Notes under the pieces: model-generated
What the model saw: the letters and a program-made list of their open reading frames with translations, nothing else
Told to the model about the DNA's origin: nothing
The model's database searches: none
Translations under genes and position numbers: made by a program
Source: Escherichia phage phi92
Length of the DNA: 64,000 nt
Sequence record: NC_023693.1
Direction: 5' to 3' (one strand)
In this document: one piece after another, positions 9,610 to 20,324 of the stretch
Numbering within the stretch: position 1 is the stretch's first letter
Layout: each line of letters opens with the position of its first letter

Positions 9610-10245
9610 ATGGGAATACCATTTGATTTAAAACTTGATGGTTCTAACGATTTAGTAATGGTGGATGGTGATTTAACACTAACCACAACTAAAAGTGAAA
9701 TTGCAGCACAGACGCTTGGAATAACACTTAGAACTTTCCGTGGAGAATGGTTCCTCAACTCTAATTTTGGGGTTCCATATCTGCAAGAGATTATTGGTGT
9801 TGCCAAGAAGAAAGAGATTGTTGATCGCATTTTCTTATCAACTATCGCAAGTAATGTTTATATAGATAATATTAATTCCTACACATCCTCTTATGATAGA
9901 GATGATAGGTATTACTCAATGAACGTTACTGTTACAGTTGGTGAACAAGTTGTTAGTGCTCTATTCAGTACACAGCCGTCTGAAGAATATATCTATCCAG
10001 AAGCTGGTGACGATAATGCAGCAATCACTTGTGAAGCATTTGAAATTGTTGAATCTGCAAACAGACTCTATCGCTTTATTAACATTGTTGGTCTTCCTAG
10101 AGATACTTATTCTACTTGGTGGAATGAGTGGTCTAACGAGGCATTGATTGAAAAATACCTTGTTAACGAAGCCAATAAAGGTCTTGCAACCAATTACAAC
10201 TATGCTATAACAGCAACAATGGGAGCTACAAATAATAATGGCTGA
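9610..10245 (+). CDS. baseplate wedge protein (gp25/GPW-like)
   Basis: N-terminal pattern KSEIAAQTLGITLRTFRGEWFLNSNFGVPYLQE resembles the GPW/gp25 family; position after the spike gene. Confidence 0.45.
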   Translation: MGIPFDLKLDGSNDLVMVDGDLTLTTTKSEIAAQTLGITLRTFRGEWFLNSNFGVPYLQEIIGVAKKKEIVDRIFLSTIASNVYIDNINSYTSSYDRDDRYYSMNVTVTVGEQVVSALFSTQPSEEYIYPEAGDDNAAITCEAFEIVESANRLYRFINIVGLPRDTYSTWWNEWSNEALIEKYLVNEANKGLATNYNYAITATMGATNNNG

Positions 10246-10711
10246 TTTAACTACAATCAAGGTGTCTGATCTACCTGTAACAACATCTGTTTCAGACACA
10301 GATTATTTTGTAACAGATCAATCAGGCATCACTAAGAAAACATCATTACGTGTTCTTCTTGCGGGTGCTGGTGTTACACGAAATCGTCTTTCTGCAAGGG
10401 GTACTGTCACAAATACCCTAGCTTTAGATATTAGCACGGCAGAGTATTTCTCTGCCACTTTATCTAGTCCAACTTGCAGTATTTCATTTAGTAATGTTCC
10501 AGTTACAACTAACATTGTTCAAAACTTTACACTATCCCTACGTCAAGGCAGTGGAGCAAATAAAGTAACGTGGCCTCAATCTGTTAAATGGAGTTTTGGT
10601 CGCGCTCCTGTTTTGAGTTATAAACAGGGAGCTACAGATATTTTTGAATTTGTTAGTTATGATAATGGAGCTACCTGGATAGGTAGTTTAGTGATGGCAG
10701 GAGTGATTTAA
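10238..10711 (+). CDS. hypothetical baseplate protein
   Basis: 157 aa ORF with start overlapping the upstream stop. Confidence 0.4.
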   Translation: MADLTTIKVSDLPVTTSVSDTDYFVTDQSGITKKTSLRVLLAGAGVTRNRLSARGTVTNTLALDISTAEYFSATLSSPTCSISFSNVPVTTNIVQNFTLSLRQGSGANKVTWPQSVKWSFGRAPVLSYKQGATDIFEFVSYDNGATWIGSLVMAGVI

Positions 10712-13587
10712 TGTCAAGAATTAAGCACAGAATTGACAATGTTTTTCAACTGATCGATGGACATATTCAGTTCTTAGATCGTAATACAGGTTTAACTGTA
10801 GATCCTACAGTGCAACACTATGTATTAAACCCACAAAACGTTCTAGCTAATAACAGACACTTTATAAACTGGACTGCTCAAGAAGGGCAACCAAACGGGG
10901 ATGCTACAACAGAAGGTCAATCCGTGCTTATTCTTGGTTGCGCTTATGCATACCTAGCTTCCGGCGATACAAAGTATTTAGACTCTGCTAAAAAATATTG
11001 GCAAGCCTATATAGATTACTTCTTTGGTGGTCAACCTATCCCAGATCCGCCAGCAAAATATCGCCCTAACTGGATTATTAACGGTAAAGAACCACGTCTT
11101 GCACACTATCCTCTTACAGATGATGGCTACCCTACACACGGAGGTTTTAAGGGTAGCTTAATGACGTGGACTAACGGTAGAACAGTTATTCCTCATGGTG
11201 CTCCACATTGGGGAGAATACCTTGATAAAGCATGGTTTGCTTTTAATGGTAATCTAGGATGGAACTCTGTAAACGCTACAGTATATGCTGTTAATGCAGA
11301 TGGTACAACAGATTGGTCTAAGAATGGAGATCAATGGGATGTTGATTGGATCATTGATCGTCTAGGACGTAAAGTTGATTGGGATGGAAATATCTTAGAA
11401 GAAGGTTTTCCAACATCTCAATACGGAACAGTTCAACTAAAAAATACTTCTGTAAACGGTACATATAAATTTAACTACGCGACTTGTAACCCTGTTGAAC
11501 ACGGTGGTTATTTAATGGAGCGTAACACTATGTGGCATAACAGACCAGTTAACGTTCCGGTAGAAATGGGCTTTCAGGATAATGCGTCAGATGCTGAAAC
11601 TTGGTGGTGTGATGCTAATTACCTGATGTACCAAATTACAGGAGAAAGAAAATATTGGCTATGCTGGCAGTCTTCACTGTTAGTGTGTCAAGATTACTCA
11701 AACATTGATATGTTTGATAAATTCTTCCGTAAGTCTACATATGCAACTATCCCGTTTACAGATGGCATCTCTTACGATTATTCGTATCCATCTACAGCAA
11801 TACCTAAATATTCAAGAGATACTTTAGGCTATATTGTTATTAGACAAGATGTTGCTGCTCAAACAACATTAGAACAGCAAGCCATTTGGTTTAAAGTTGA
11901 TCAGAACTCTAAGTTACGAGTCCAGTTTCAAGGTGTAGATGACGCAGGACATGGTATTCTTTTCCGTCCAGAGTTGGAATTAAGTAAGACCAAAGATGAA
12001 AATAACACAGTAACTTACCGCTGTGGCTTACCACTAGGTACAGCTAATATGACAAGCATGGATATTCCACTATCCAGCTTTATGAGAAGTACCCCTCCTA
12101 GTGGTGGAACATATATTATCGCAGATCCGCGAATTATTGTTGACTGGGGTGACAATACTGTGGTACAATATAAGTATGTAACAGGTATTGCTGGAACTAA
12201 TAATGACCAGATTGTTACTGCATCAATGGATACGGATGGTGGTGTTACTGTTGGTTTTTGGTTAACTCCTACATCAAAAGCTAATGTTAAGTCTATTACA
12301 TATAGAACATATGAAGATGACTTTAACATGACTATCACGGATGCTCAAGGTTGGAGATGGTGGGCTATGCTGCCTAAAACGCAAGGGGCATGGAGTACGA
12401 AGACTTTATCAGCCTCTGCTTTTAAGTTAAGTGCTTACCAGCCTAATCATCCAGAAACAGATCCTAAACCTTCAGCAATAAATCTTACTGCTGTAGATCA
12501 GGTAAATTTAGTTCTTGATACGGCTCCTGTCAATGGTTTAACAGGAACAATAGATTTCTATTGTATTAACGATGTACCTGAAAGATATTCGTCATCTTCT
12601 GGTGATGATTATACCATGTACTTCCGTATTACTGTACAGGCTTCAAGTCCTCATACTGCTAAGTTAGGTGATTGTACTATTATTGACTATAAGTTAAATA
12701 GTCTTAATTACACACCAGGAGTAATTCCATTCTCTAATATCAGTGACCCAAACACTGCATTATACGATGGATGGCGTGGTATTCCATACCCAGGATACCA
12801 GTATCCTTCCTTATACTGTTTCGCAGGTAGGGATATTGATTGGACACGTTTAAACAACAGTATTGATTTCTTGTATGATGCTCAAATGTGGTTTTATAAC
12901 ACGTTTGATCCTGTGATGCCTGGGCCTATGGCACAAGCATATGTGTGGGATCGTTGGGATGCAAGAAAATACGGTGAACCTAATACGTTTACAATGAAAC
13001 ACTGGAATGAAAAAGCGTGGGATGGTTATGAAGCTCGTGCATTCTATTGTGCTTGTCATGCTGTATACGAACTTGTACAAAGAGGAGAAACACCTCCTGA
13101 AAAACTAGTAACTGTTTGTAAAAATTGGATCAACTACCTTAAATGGTTCCAAGACAATAATGATGGAAGAACACCAACTATCTTTAATCCAGATGGTACA
13201 GTTCTTGCACCTATAGATGACTTTACTAGTCATATGTCTGCACTGTTTATGGCGGGTTGTTCAATCATGGGCTTGGCAGGTTATGATTCACAAATTCCAA
13301 ACATTGGTATTGTAGCAGACAGATGTTTTGATCTGATTCAGCAAAACTATATTGTGCTTTCCCCTAACCATCCGATGAATGGTTCCTGGAGTGTTGCACC
13401 ACGCCCAGATTCAGATAACGGAATGTTCTTTGGTTTCCATGCTGGAGAACTATTACGTGGTTTTGGTTTATATGCCTTGTATCGTAAACTAAACCCTCAA
13501 AACGCTTTACCAATTTTGGATAATAGTAACATACCAACACTAACTGTTCTAACTATGAATGATATTAGTGTTGATGTAACCAAATAA
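10711..13587 (+). CDS. large tail/baseplate-associated protein (possible receptor-binding or enzymatic)
   Basis: 958 aa, Trp/Tyr/Asn-rich, within the baseplate-fibre block; no recognised motif. Confidence 0.4.
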   Translation: MSRIKHRIDNVFQLIDGHIQFLDRNTGLTVDPTVQHYVLNPQNVLANNRHFINWTAQEGQPNGDATTEGQSVLILGCAYAYLASGDTKYLDSAKKYWQAYIDYFFGGQPIPDPPAKYRPNWIINGKEPRLAHYPLTDDGYPTHGGFKGSLMTWTNGRTVIPHGAPHWGEYLDKAWFAFNGNLGWNSVNATVYAVNADGTTDWSKNGDQWDVDWIIDRLGRKVDWDGNILEEGFPTSQYGTVQLKNTSVNGTYKFNYATCNPVEHGGYLMERNTMWHNRPVNVPVEMGFQDNASDAETWWCDANYLMYQITGERKYWLCWQSSLLVCQDYSNIDMFDKFFRKSTYATIPFTDGISYDYSYPSTAIPKYSRDTLGYIVIRQDVAAQTTLEQQAIWFKVDQNSKLRVQFQGVDDAGHGILFRPELELSKTKDENNTVTYRCGLPLGTANMTSMDIPLSSFMRSTPPSGGTYIIADPRIIVDWGDNTVVQYKYVTGIAGTNNDQIVTASMDTDGGVTVGFWLTPTSKANVKSITYRTYEDDFNMTITDAQGWRWWAMLPKTQGAWSTKTLSASAFKLSAYQPNHPETDPKPSAINLTAVDQVNLVLDTAPVNGLTGTIDFYCINDVPERYSSSSGDDYTMYFRITVQASSPHTAKLGDCTIIDYKLNSLNYTPGVIPFSNISDPNTALYDGWRGIPYPGYQYPSLYCFAGRDIDWTRLNNSIDFLYDAQMWFYNTFDPVMPGPMAQAYVWDRWDARKYGEPNTFTMKHWNEKAWDGYEARAFYCACHAVYELVQRGETPPEKLVTVCKNWINYLKWFQDNNDGRTPTIFNPDGTVLAPIDDFTSHMSALFMAGCSIMGLAGYDSQIPNIGIVADRCFDLIQQNYIVLSPNHPMNGSWSVAPRPDSDNGMFFGFHAGELLRGFGLYALYRKLNPQNALPILDNSNIPTLTVLTMNDISVDVTK

Positions 13588-13595
13588 GGAAAATA

Positions 13596-15755
13596 ATGAA
13601 ACAGGCTATTTTTACTGTAACTCGAAATACGAGAGTAAATGCCAGTTCATTCAGCTATAAGACCGTCGATGGAACGGCGGTCGCTGGTAGAGATTATGTA
13701 GCTAAACAGGGAACAGTAACGTTCCCTTCTGATGCAGATTCTGCTACTGTGGTGGTTGATGTATATGAACGTCCGGCAAACTCTTTAGATCTTTATTTTA
13801 CTCTTGAGATTACTAGCATAAGTCAAAATAACATGATGATCAATGAAGAAATTCGTTGTGTTATTACGACTAATCAATCGAATACAACCCCGCTAACTTG
13901 GCCTGTTGTGAAGTCTAGAATGTTTGATCCTAAGTTTTGGACAATAGATTCTCAATCAACAGAAAGTTGTTCTATTATCTCTAATGGTGATTCTTTCACA
14001 GCAAGAATGGTTAATAGGACAGTGGCTGGTCTTGCTGGGATTATTTGGTCAACTTACGATAAATATGATCACAAAGGATTAGGCTACCAAGAACATTCTG
14101 ACTTAAGTAAAGAGAAACTTTGGTTTAAAATGGAACTTAGTCAAGGTGTTCCTGGATTAAAAGAAGAAAAATTAATACCATCCTTAACAGTGACACTGAA
14201 GGATGAAACAGTTCATTATGTATCTCTAAACTTTTATGCAGAAGAAGTTTCAGAAGATGGTAAGACAGCAACAATCAAACTAGATTTCTCAAATTTAAAA
14301 TCTGGGCCAGAAAATGATATTGTTGTTGACACTACACAGATAGATAATATGTTCTTCTCCTTGATCTCCGCAAGGTATCAAGAAATTGAAGATGTTATAC
14401 CTGTAGACAATATGGATCTTTCCTTTAAGTTTACCATACTAGAGCCTGATACTGGTTACAGTATGATGAATATGGGTAATTTAAATGTTCCGGCGCACAC
14501 CATAAGAATGTGTACATCTTATGATGATATGTATAACCTAACCCCGGAGCGAGTTATTTCTAATACCTATAGATTAGGTTATAGGGATATGATTAACCAT
14601 TATAATGGTATGTCACACTATTATCAATTCAGTTGGGATGCTGGCTCTAATAAATGGGCTTTGAACAGAACAGAATATTTAAACCCAGCAACAGAAGCCT
14701 GGTTTGATAATTTCCACGCTAATGCAAAAGCTATGGGCTACACAGTAATGAACTCCTTAAGTTTTGAACTTATGAGTACAGTGTGTCCTGTAGAATGGGT
14801 ACAACATACTTGGAATGATGATCTGGCTGCTACAGGTTATGAGCCACCAAGTTATGTTTTATCTCCTTCAATTGATGAAGGGATGAATTATTTACAAGGT
14901 GTAATAAATAAGATAGCTTCTATATCCGCTGCTAATGATCTTCCGGTTATTATTCAGGTTGGTGAACCGTGGTGGTGGTATAACACAGCTACCAATCTAC
15001 CGTGTATTTATGATTATACAACCAAAGTTGCATTTAATAATGAAACTGGATTATATGCACAAGATGTTGGTACAGTTAAAAATTATAAAACTGGTACACC
15101 ATATGATGAATATTATGCATTCCTATCTAAAACATTAGGACTGCGTGTTGCTAAATTTGCAACAGATACCAGATTAGCATACCCTGGAGCGAAAGTTACA
15201 TTGTTACCATTTGTACCATCCATCTTAGGTAATGGTATGATGGAGTTTGTTAACTTCCCTAAAGATTATTATATTCCAGAAAACTTTGACTTTTATTGTT
15301 CAGAATGTTATGATTGGTTGTTGGAAGGTAAGATGGAAAGATCTTTTGACGCTATCACAATACCTAATGAGCAACTAGGTTTTAGTTATGATAAGATACA
15401 TTATCTTGCAGGGTTTGTTCCAGATGCAACTCTAGCACCATTATATGGCTTTGATCCTGAATCAAACTATAGGACATATTTGTGGAAAATGATTATAGGT
15501 AATATTGTATTGAATGACCAGAAGTTTGTTGGTTTATATCAATACATATGGGCTTATCCACAAATAATGCATGATTCAATAACTGTTCTTAATTCAAAAT
15601 CCCAAGTTTTTTATATGGGTAATGTGCCTTTGAATTGCTATTTGCAAGATATCACTCTTAAACAGGTAAATGTTACGATTGCTACTATAAGCGGAATTAC
15701 ACTAGCCACTAAATCTGGAGAAGATTTAGTAACAACACAAAAATTTTATATATAG
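13596..15755 (+). CDS. large tail-associated protein
   Basis: 719 aa ORF with RBS; no recognised motif. Confidence 0.4.
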   Translation: MKQAIFTVTRNTRVNASSFSYKTVDGTAVAGRDYVAKQGTVTFPSDADSATVVVDVYERPANSLDLYFTLEITSISQNNMMINEEIRCVITTNQSNTTPLTWPVVKSRMFDPKFWTIDSQSTESCSIISNGDSFTARMVNRTVAGLAGIIWSTYDKYDHKGLGYQEHSDLSKEKLWFKMELSQGVPGLKEEKLIPSLTVTLKDETVHYVSLNFYAEEVSEDGKTATIKLDFSNLKSGPENDIVVDTTQIDNMFFSLISARYQEIEDVIPVDNMDLSFKFTILEPDTGYSMMNMGNLNVPAHTIRMCTSYDDMYNLTPERVISNTYRLGYRDMINHYNGMSHYYQFSWDAGSNKWALNRTEYLNPATEAWFDNFHANAKAMGYTVMNSLSFELMSTVCPVEWVQHTWNDDLAATGYEPPSYVLSPSIDEGMNYLQGVINKIASISAANDLPVIIQVGEPWWWYNTATNLPCIYDYTTKVAFNNETGLYAQDVGTVKNYKTGTPYDEYYAFLSKTLGLRVAKFATDTRLAYPGAKVTLLPFVPSILGNGMMEFVNFPKDYYIPENFDFYCSECYDWLLEGKMERSFDAITIPNEQLGFSYDKIHYLAGFVPDATLAPLYGFDPESNYRTYLWKMIIGNIVLNDQKFVGLYQYIWAYPQIMHDSITVLNSKSQVFYMGNVPLNCYLQDITLKQVNVTIATISGITLATKSGEDLVTTQKFYI

Positions 15756-15763
15756 GAGTAAAA

Positions 15764-18520
15764 ATGTCAACTACAATTACTAATTTACCCGAAACATCAA
15801 AAGTTAATAGTTCTGATTACCTGGTTTTAGACCAGCCTGATAAGACTGTTAAAAGCACAGTTTCCAACTTTCTTGCTGACACTGGGGTGGTTTTAGCCAC
15901 CCAGCTAAAAGATACTTCTGGTGCTACCAAGTATCCAGAACTTCAAATGTCGCGCTGGAGAGATGAAGGTGATCCTAGAGGATGGGGAGCAGTAGGTGAC
16001 GGAGCAACAGACGATACTAATGCTATAACACAGCTTCTTGCTGCTATGCCTGATGGATGGATTATTGATGGGCGTAATCTCACTTTCAAGGTTACAACAC
16101 TACCAGATATAAGCAAGTTTAAAAACGCTGCTTTTGTTTACGAGCGTATTGTTGGACAACCCCTTACTTATGTATCTGAAGGTTTCTTCGATGGAAATCT
16201 GACAAAGATTACGGATACACCATTTTACAATGCTTGGACGCAAGATAAGACGTTTGTTTATGATAATGTTATATATGCACCATTTATGGCTGGCGAACGT
16301 CATGGTGTACAAAACCTCCATGTAGCGTGGGTTAAATCAGGAGATGATGGACAAACTTGGTCTATGCCAGAATGGTTAACTCCAATTCATCCTGATTATA
16401 CAGCAGACAAAGTTAACTATCATTGTATGAGTATGGGTGTATGTGGTAATCGCCTATATGCAGTCATCGAAACCCGTTACTTATCTAACATGCGATTGAA
16501 GAAAGCAGAACTTTGGTCACGTCCAATGCCTTATTATAGAAGGCCAACTGGAGGTATAACAATTAGTTCTGGGTCTACTACGGCGACGATTGTTTTAAAA
16601 AAGCATGGTCTTAAAGTTGGAGATGCTGTTAACTTTTCCAATTCGGGTGCAACTGGTGTATCTGGAAATATGACTGTTGCATCTGTAATTAACAAGGATA
16701 CATTTACGGTTACATTAGCAAGGGCTGCCACATCTAATATAGATAATACAGGAACTACTTGGCATTTTGGAACACGTTTCTGGGATAGCCCTTGGGAAAT
16801 TACAGAATTACCAGATGTTGCCTATTCTACTAATGCAGACTTATGTGTTACAGAAACCCATAGTTTTACAGTTATAGATGATGATAATTACACTTTTGCT
16901 GTGGGTTATCACAATGGTGATATTTCCCCAAGAAGATTAGGTATTTTGTACTTCAATAATGCTTACTCTGACCCAAGTTCTTTTACTCGTAGAACAATTA
17001 GTCAAGAATATGCTGACAATGCAGCAGAACCCTGCATTAAATATTACGATGGAATTTTATATTTAACTACCAGGGGTACTTCAACTTCTGCTGCTGGTTC
17101 TACATTAGCAATGAGTGCTGACCTTGGAGAAAACTGGAATTACTTAAGATTTCCTAACAACGTTCATCATACAAACCTACCATTTGCAAAAGTTGGTGAT
17201 TATCTTTATATCTTTGGTACAGAACGTTCATTTGGAGAGTGGGAAGGGCAAGAACTAGATAATAGATATAAAGGTACGTATCCTCGAACGTTTATGTGCA
17301 AGATTAATGTATCTTCATGGCCTGTATCTTTATCCAATGTTCAATGGTTTAATATCACTGATCAGATATATCAAGGGCATATTGTTAATTCTGCATGTGG
17401 CGTTGGTTCGGTATGTGTTAAAGATGGCTGGTTATATTATATCTTTGGAGGTGAAGATTTCTTATCTCCTTGGTCTATCGGAGATAATAGTAAAAAATTA
17501 TGGTACAAGCATGATGGTCATCCAGCCGATTTATATAGCTATAGACTAAAGATTACCGAACATGATTTTGTATCACGTGACTTCAAATATGGAGCTACGC
17601 CAAACCGTACATTGCCTGTATCTATGGGTACAGATGGGGTAAGGCATGTCTCAGCCCCTGTAACTTTTGATAATGATGTACAGATGTACTCTTTAACAGT
17701 TACTGGTCTTGAGCATGATGGGACACAACAATCTGCCGTTAGAGTAAAATTAGATGGTGATTATGGGGTTATTGCAAAAAATATCCCAATAAAAAATCCT
17801 TCTGAACAGCGACTAATCTTATGTGGAGGAGAAACTCCTTACACTACTGATGGATCGTTATTACAATTGTATGGTTCAAACCATACGTATCCAAACAGAG
17901 CAATTTTATATGCCCCAGGAGGAGCATATACACAAAATAATTTCATGCCGTACTTAGATGGACAAGTTTCATTAGGTGGTGCATCTAATAGATGGTCAGA
18001 AGTGTATGCATCTACAGGAACCATTAATACTTCAGACGGAACATTAAAAACTAAACCTACAGAGATTGAAGATATTTTACTGAAAGCATGGGAAGATATT
18101 CATGTAATCTCTTACCAATGGCTTAGTGCTGTCGCGGAGAAAGGAGATTCTGCGCGTATTCATTTTGGTGTTATCGCTCAAGATGTAAGAGATATTCTGA
18201 TTAATTATGGTTTAATGGATGAAAATAGTACTGATTGTAAGTATGCTTTTCTATGTTATGATGAATACCCTGCTATGTATGATAGTGTTGTTACGGGACA
18301 AAAAGAAATCACTTTACTTGACGATGAAGGAAATAATGTAATTGATGAAGAAGGTAATCCAGTAACAATTGTAGAAGATGTTGTAGAAACTATCGAAGTA
18401 ATTCCAGCAGGATCGCGATGGGGTATCCGCGCTGACCAAATGTTTTTTATTGAGATGGCTTATCAACGTAAAAAGTTAAAAGCTCTTGAAGAAAGACTTG
18501 CAACCCTAGAAAGTAAATAA
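15764..18520 (+). CDS. tailspike/fibre with pectate-lyase-like motif, Asp-box repeats and C-terminal intramolecular chaperone (peptidase S74-like)
   Basis: WGAVGDGATDDTNAITQLL motif; Asp-boxes SGDDGQTWS and SADLGENWN; C-terminal region with NTSDGTLKTK and a coiled-coil tail, as in self-cleaving chaperone domains of endosialidase/T5 pb1-type fibres. Confidence 0.55.
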   Translation: MSTTITNLPETSKVNSSDYLVLDQPDKTVKSTVSNFLADTGVVLATQLKDTSGATKYPELQMSRWRDEGDPRGWGAVGDGATDDTNAITQLLAAMPDGWIIDGRNLTFKVTTLPDISKFKNAAFVYERIVGQPLTYVSEGFFDGNLTKITDTPFYNAWTQDKTFVYDNVIYAPFMAGERHGVQNLHVAWVKSGDDGQTWSMPEWLTPIHPDYTADKVNYHCMSMGVCGNRLYAVIETRYLSNMRLKKAELWSRPMPYYRRPTGGITISSGSTTATIVLKKHGLKVGDAVNFSNSGATGVSGNMTVASVINKDTFTVTLARAATSNIDNTGTTWHFGTRFWDSPWEITELPDVAYSTNADLCVTETHSFTVIDDDNYTFAVGYHNGDISPRRLGILYFNNAYSDPSSFTRRTISQEYADNAAEPCIKYYDGILYLTTRGTSTSAAGSTLAMSADLGENWNYLRFPNNVHHTNLPFAKVGDYLYIFGTERSFGEWEGQELDNRYKGTYPRTFMCKINVSSWPVSLSNVQWFNITDQIYQGHIVNSACGVGSVCVKDGWLYYIFGGEDFLSPWSIGDNSKKLWYKHDGHPADLYSYRLKITEHDFVSRDFKYGATPNRTLPVSMGTDGVRHVSAPVTFDNDVQMYSLTVTGLEHDGTQQSAVRVKLDGDYGVIAKNIPIKNPSEQRLILCGGETPYTTDGSLLQLYGSNHTYPNRAILYAPGGAYTQNNFMPYLDGQVSLGGASNRWSEVYASTGTINTSDGTLKTKPTEIEDILLKAWEDIHVISYQWLSAVAEKGDSARIHFGVIAQDVRDILINYGLMDENSTDCKYAFLCYDEYPAMYDSVVTGQKEITLLDDEGNNVIDEEGNPVTIVEDVVETIEVIPAGSRWGIRADQMFFIEMAYQRKKLKALEERLATLESK

Positions 18521-18548
18521 TACCGCTTCGGCGGTATTTCAATCTTTA
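18521..18548 (+). terminator. intrinsic terminator
   Basis: TACCGC-ttcg-GCGGTA followed by TTTCAATCTTTA. Confidence 0.5.
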
Positions 18549-18568
18549 TATCTCGCTTAGAGGTACTC

Positions 18569-18835
18569 ATGGTTAAAGAGAAAAATGGTTTTAAAAAATT
18601 TATTCGAGGTATGTTTTGTACATATCCTGATAATAAAGTCAGTTCTACTAAAGTTTGGAATGCTATTGGTATGATTGTTATGTCCAGTATGTTTATTTAT
18701 TTGGGAATTGATAAAGAAATTCCTGAATGGATGGGCTGGGCTTTTGTTTTTATGATCACACCATCCAGATTAATGAAGAATTTAATAGATTTACGTTGGG
18801 GCAGATCACCTGCCCCTGATAAGGAGGATAACTAA
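18569..18835 (+). CDS. small membrane protein (two predicted TM helices)
   Basis: 88 aa with hydrophobic stretches VWNAIGMIVMSSMFIYLGI and WMGWAFVFMITPS. Confidence 0.4.
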   Translation: MVKEKNGFKKFIRGMFCTYPDNKVSSTKVWNAIGMIVMSSMFIYLGIDKEIPEWMGWAFVFMITPSRLMKNLIDLRWGRSPAPDKEDN

Positions 18836-20322
18836 TGGCAGATTATGGTTTAACAGATGCTGGTTTTGTCATTCCAACGTTTGATGATATTTTAAATAAT
18901 TATATGACAGCATTGAAAAACACTTTCGGTGCAGATACAGCTACATCCGAAGATACTGTCTTTGGTCAACTGTTTCGTATTATTGCATATACAGATTACA
19001 CCCTTTGGGAAGGTATGCAAGGTGTTTACAATACCCAAACCTTAGATGGTGCAGAAGGTATTTACCTTGATGAAATTTTCTCTAAAAGGGGTTTTTATCG
19101 TAAAGCTGCTTCTGCTGGTAGTGGTTATGCTTATGTTAAATCTAACAATAAGGCAGCTTGGACTTATGAACTAAGCACAGATGTTTATTTTAATGCCGAT
19201 AACGATTTGACATATTATGTCAGTGCACCAACAATGTTGAATGCTAAGATTGGAGCATATACCATTTCTAAAGCAAACGCAACAGCTTCTGGTGAAACTT
19301 CTATTACTTTCTACATTCAAAGTGCTATTGATGGTGGTCTTAACAGTAAAACACTAAGTCCTAGCAATACAAACTTTATTTTAGATCTCACGAATTTCAT
19401 TAAAGCTAACGTATCAACAACAGATCGTGCTTTAGTATGGAATGATGCTAGTAATGTTTACATGGGTTATAATCCAGAAGATAATGTTAATCCAATAGGT
19501 CTAGTAACACCAGTGAAATTTTATGCATCTATTGCAATTGGTACAAAATGGAGTGAAATTCCAGTTACGTGTTCAGACGTTGGTTATAATCCAGTAGGTA
19601 CAGAAAGTATTACAGGTATTTCTTCAACGTTTACAGGCTTTTTAGATACAGGTAACTTCTATCCATTCTCTCCAGGTACAGATGTTGAAACAGATGCAGA
19701 ATTCCGCTCTCGTTTCAATGATAATATGGATGAAGCTAATGCTGCTACTCGTGCTGCTATTGTTAAAGCTCTGCTACTGACAGATGGTGTGACAAAGGTT
19801 AAGATTTATGATAACCCTACATTACATGATCAAGAACATGCTCCAGCTATGACATTCCAGACTATTGTGTATGGTGGTACAGCAGAAGAAGTTGCACAGG
19901 TTATTTATAATACTAAGCCTATTAACACCCTAACCTATGGTACAACAGCAATTACTATTGTAACAGAAGATGGCGGTCAAGAAGTAATTCGTTTTTCTCC
20001 TGGTGACAATGCTGAATATTCACTTAAACTAGTATATCAAACTGGCAATGGTAGTGTGTTAAGTACAACAGAAAGAGAAAATATTGTTTCTGCTCTTTCA
20101 AATCTACAGGCTTATTTTGAGTTAGGGTCAACAGTAACTAACGATCAGATAAAAGGTGTAATTTATTCTGCACTTGCGTTCGGACGCTTGACTTCTCTCC
20201 GTGTTTATGTTAAACTTAATACTGAGGATGACAGTAAATATAATGAGGGAGATATCACTCCAGCGTACAATGTTGTACCATCCTTTGACCTTGATAATAT
20301 TTCCTACGAGTACGGAGTCTAA
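18835..20322 (+). CDS. baseplate J-like wedge protein
   Basis: 495 aa; N-terminal region (FGQLFRIIAYTDYTLWEGMQGVYNTQTLDGAEGIYLDEIFSKRGFYRKAASAGSGYAYV) matches the Baseplate_J pattern as I recall it. Confidence 0.5.
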   Translation: MADYGLTDAGFVIPTFDDILNNYMTALKNTFGADTATSEDTVFGQLFRIIAYTDYTLWEGMQGVYNTQTLDGAEGIYLDEIFSKRGFYRKAASAGSGYAYVKSNNKAAWTYELSTDVYFNADNDLTYYVSAPTMLNAKIGAYTISKANATASGETSITFYIQSAIDGGLNSKTLSPSNTNFILDLTNFIKANVSTTDRALVWNDASNVYMGYNPEDNVNPIGLVTPVKFYASIAIGTKWSEIPVTCSDVGYNPVGTESITGISSTFTGFLDTGNFYPFSPGTDVETDAEFRSRFNDNMDEANAATRAAIVKALLLTDGVTKVKIYDNPTLHDQEHAPAMTFQTIVYGGTAEEVAQVIYNTKPINTLTYGTTAITIVTEDGGQEVIRFSPGDNAEYSLKLVYQTGNGSVLSTTERENIVSALSNLQAYFELGSTVTNDQIKGVIYSALAFGRLTSLRVYVKLNTEDDSKYNEGDITPAYNVVPSFDLDNISYEYGV

Positions 20323-20324
20323 AA

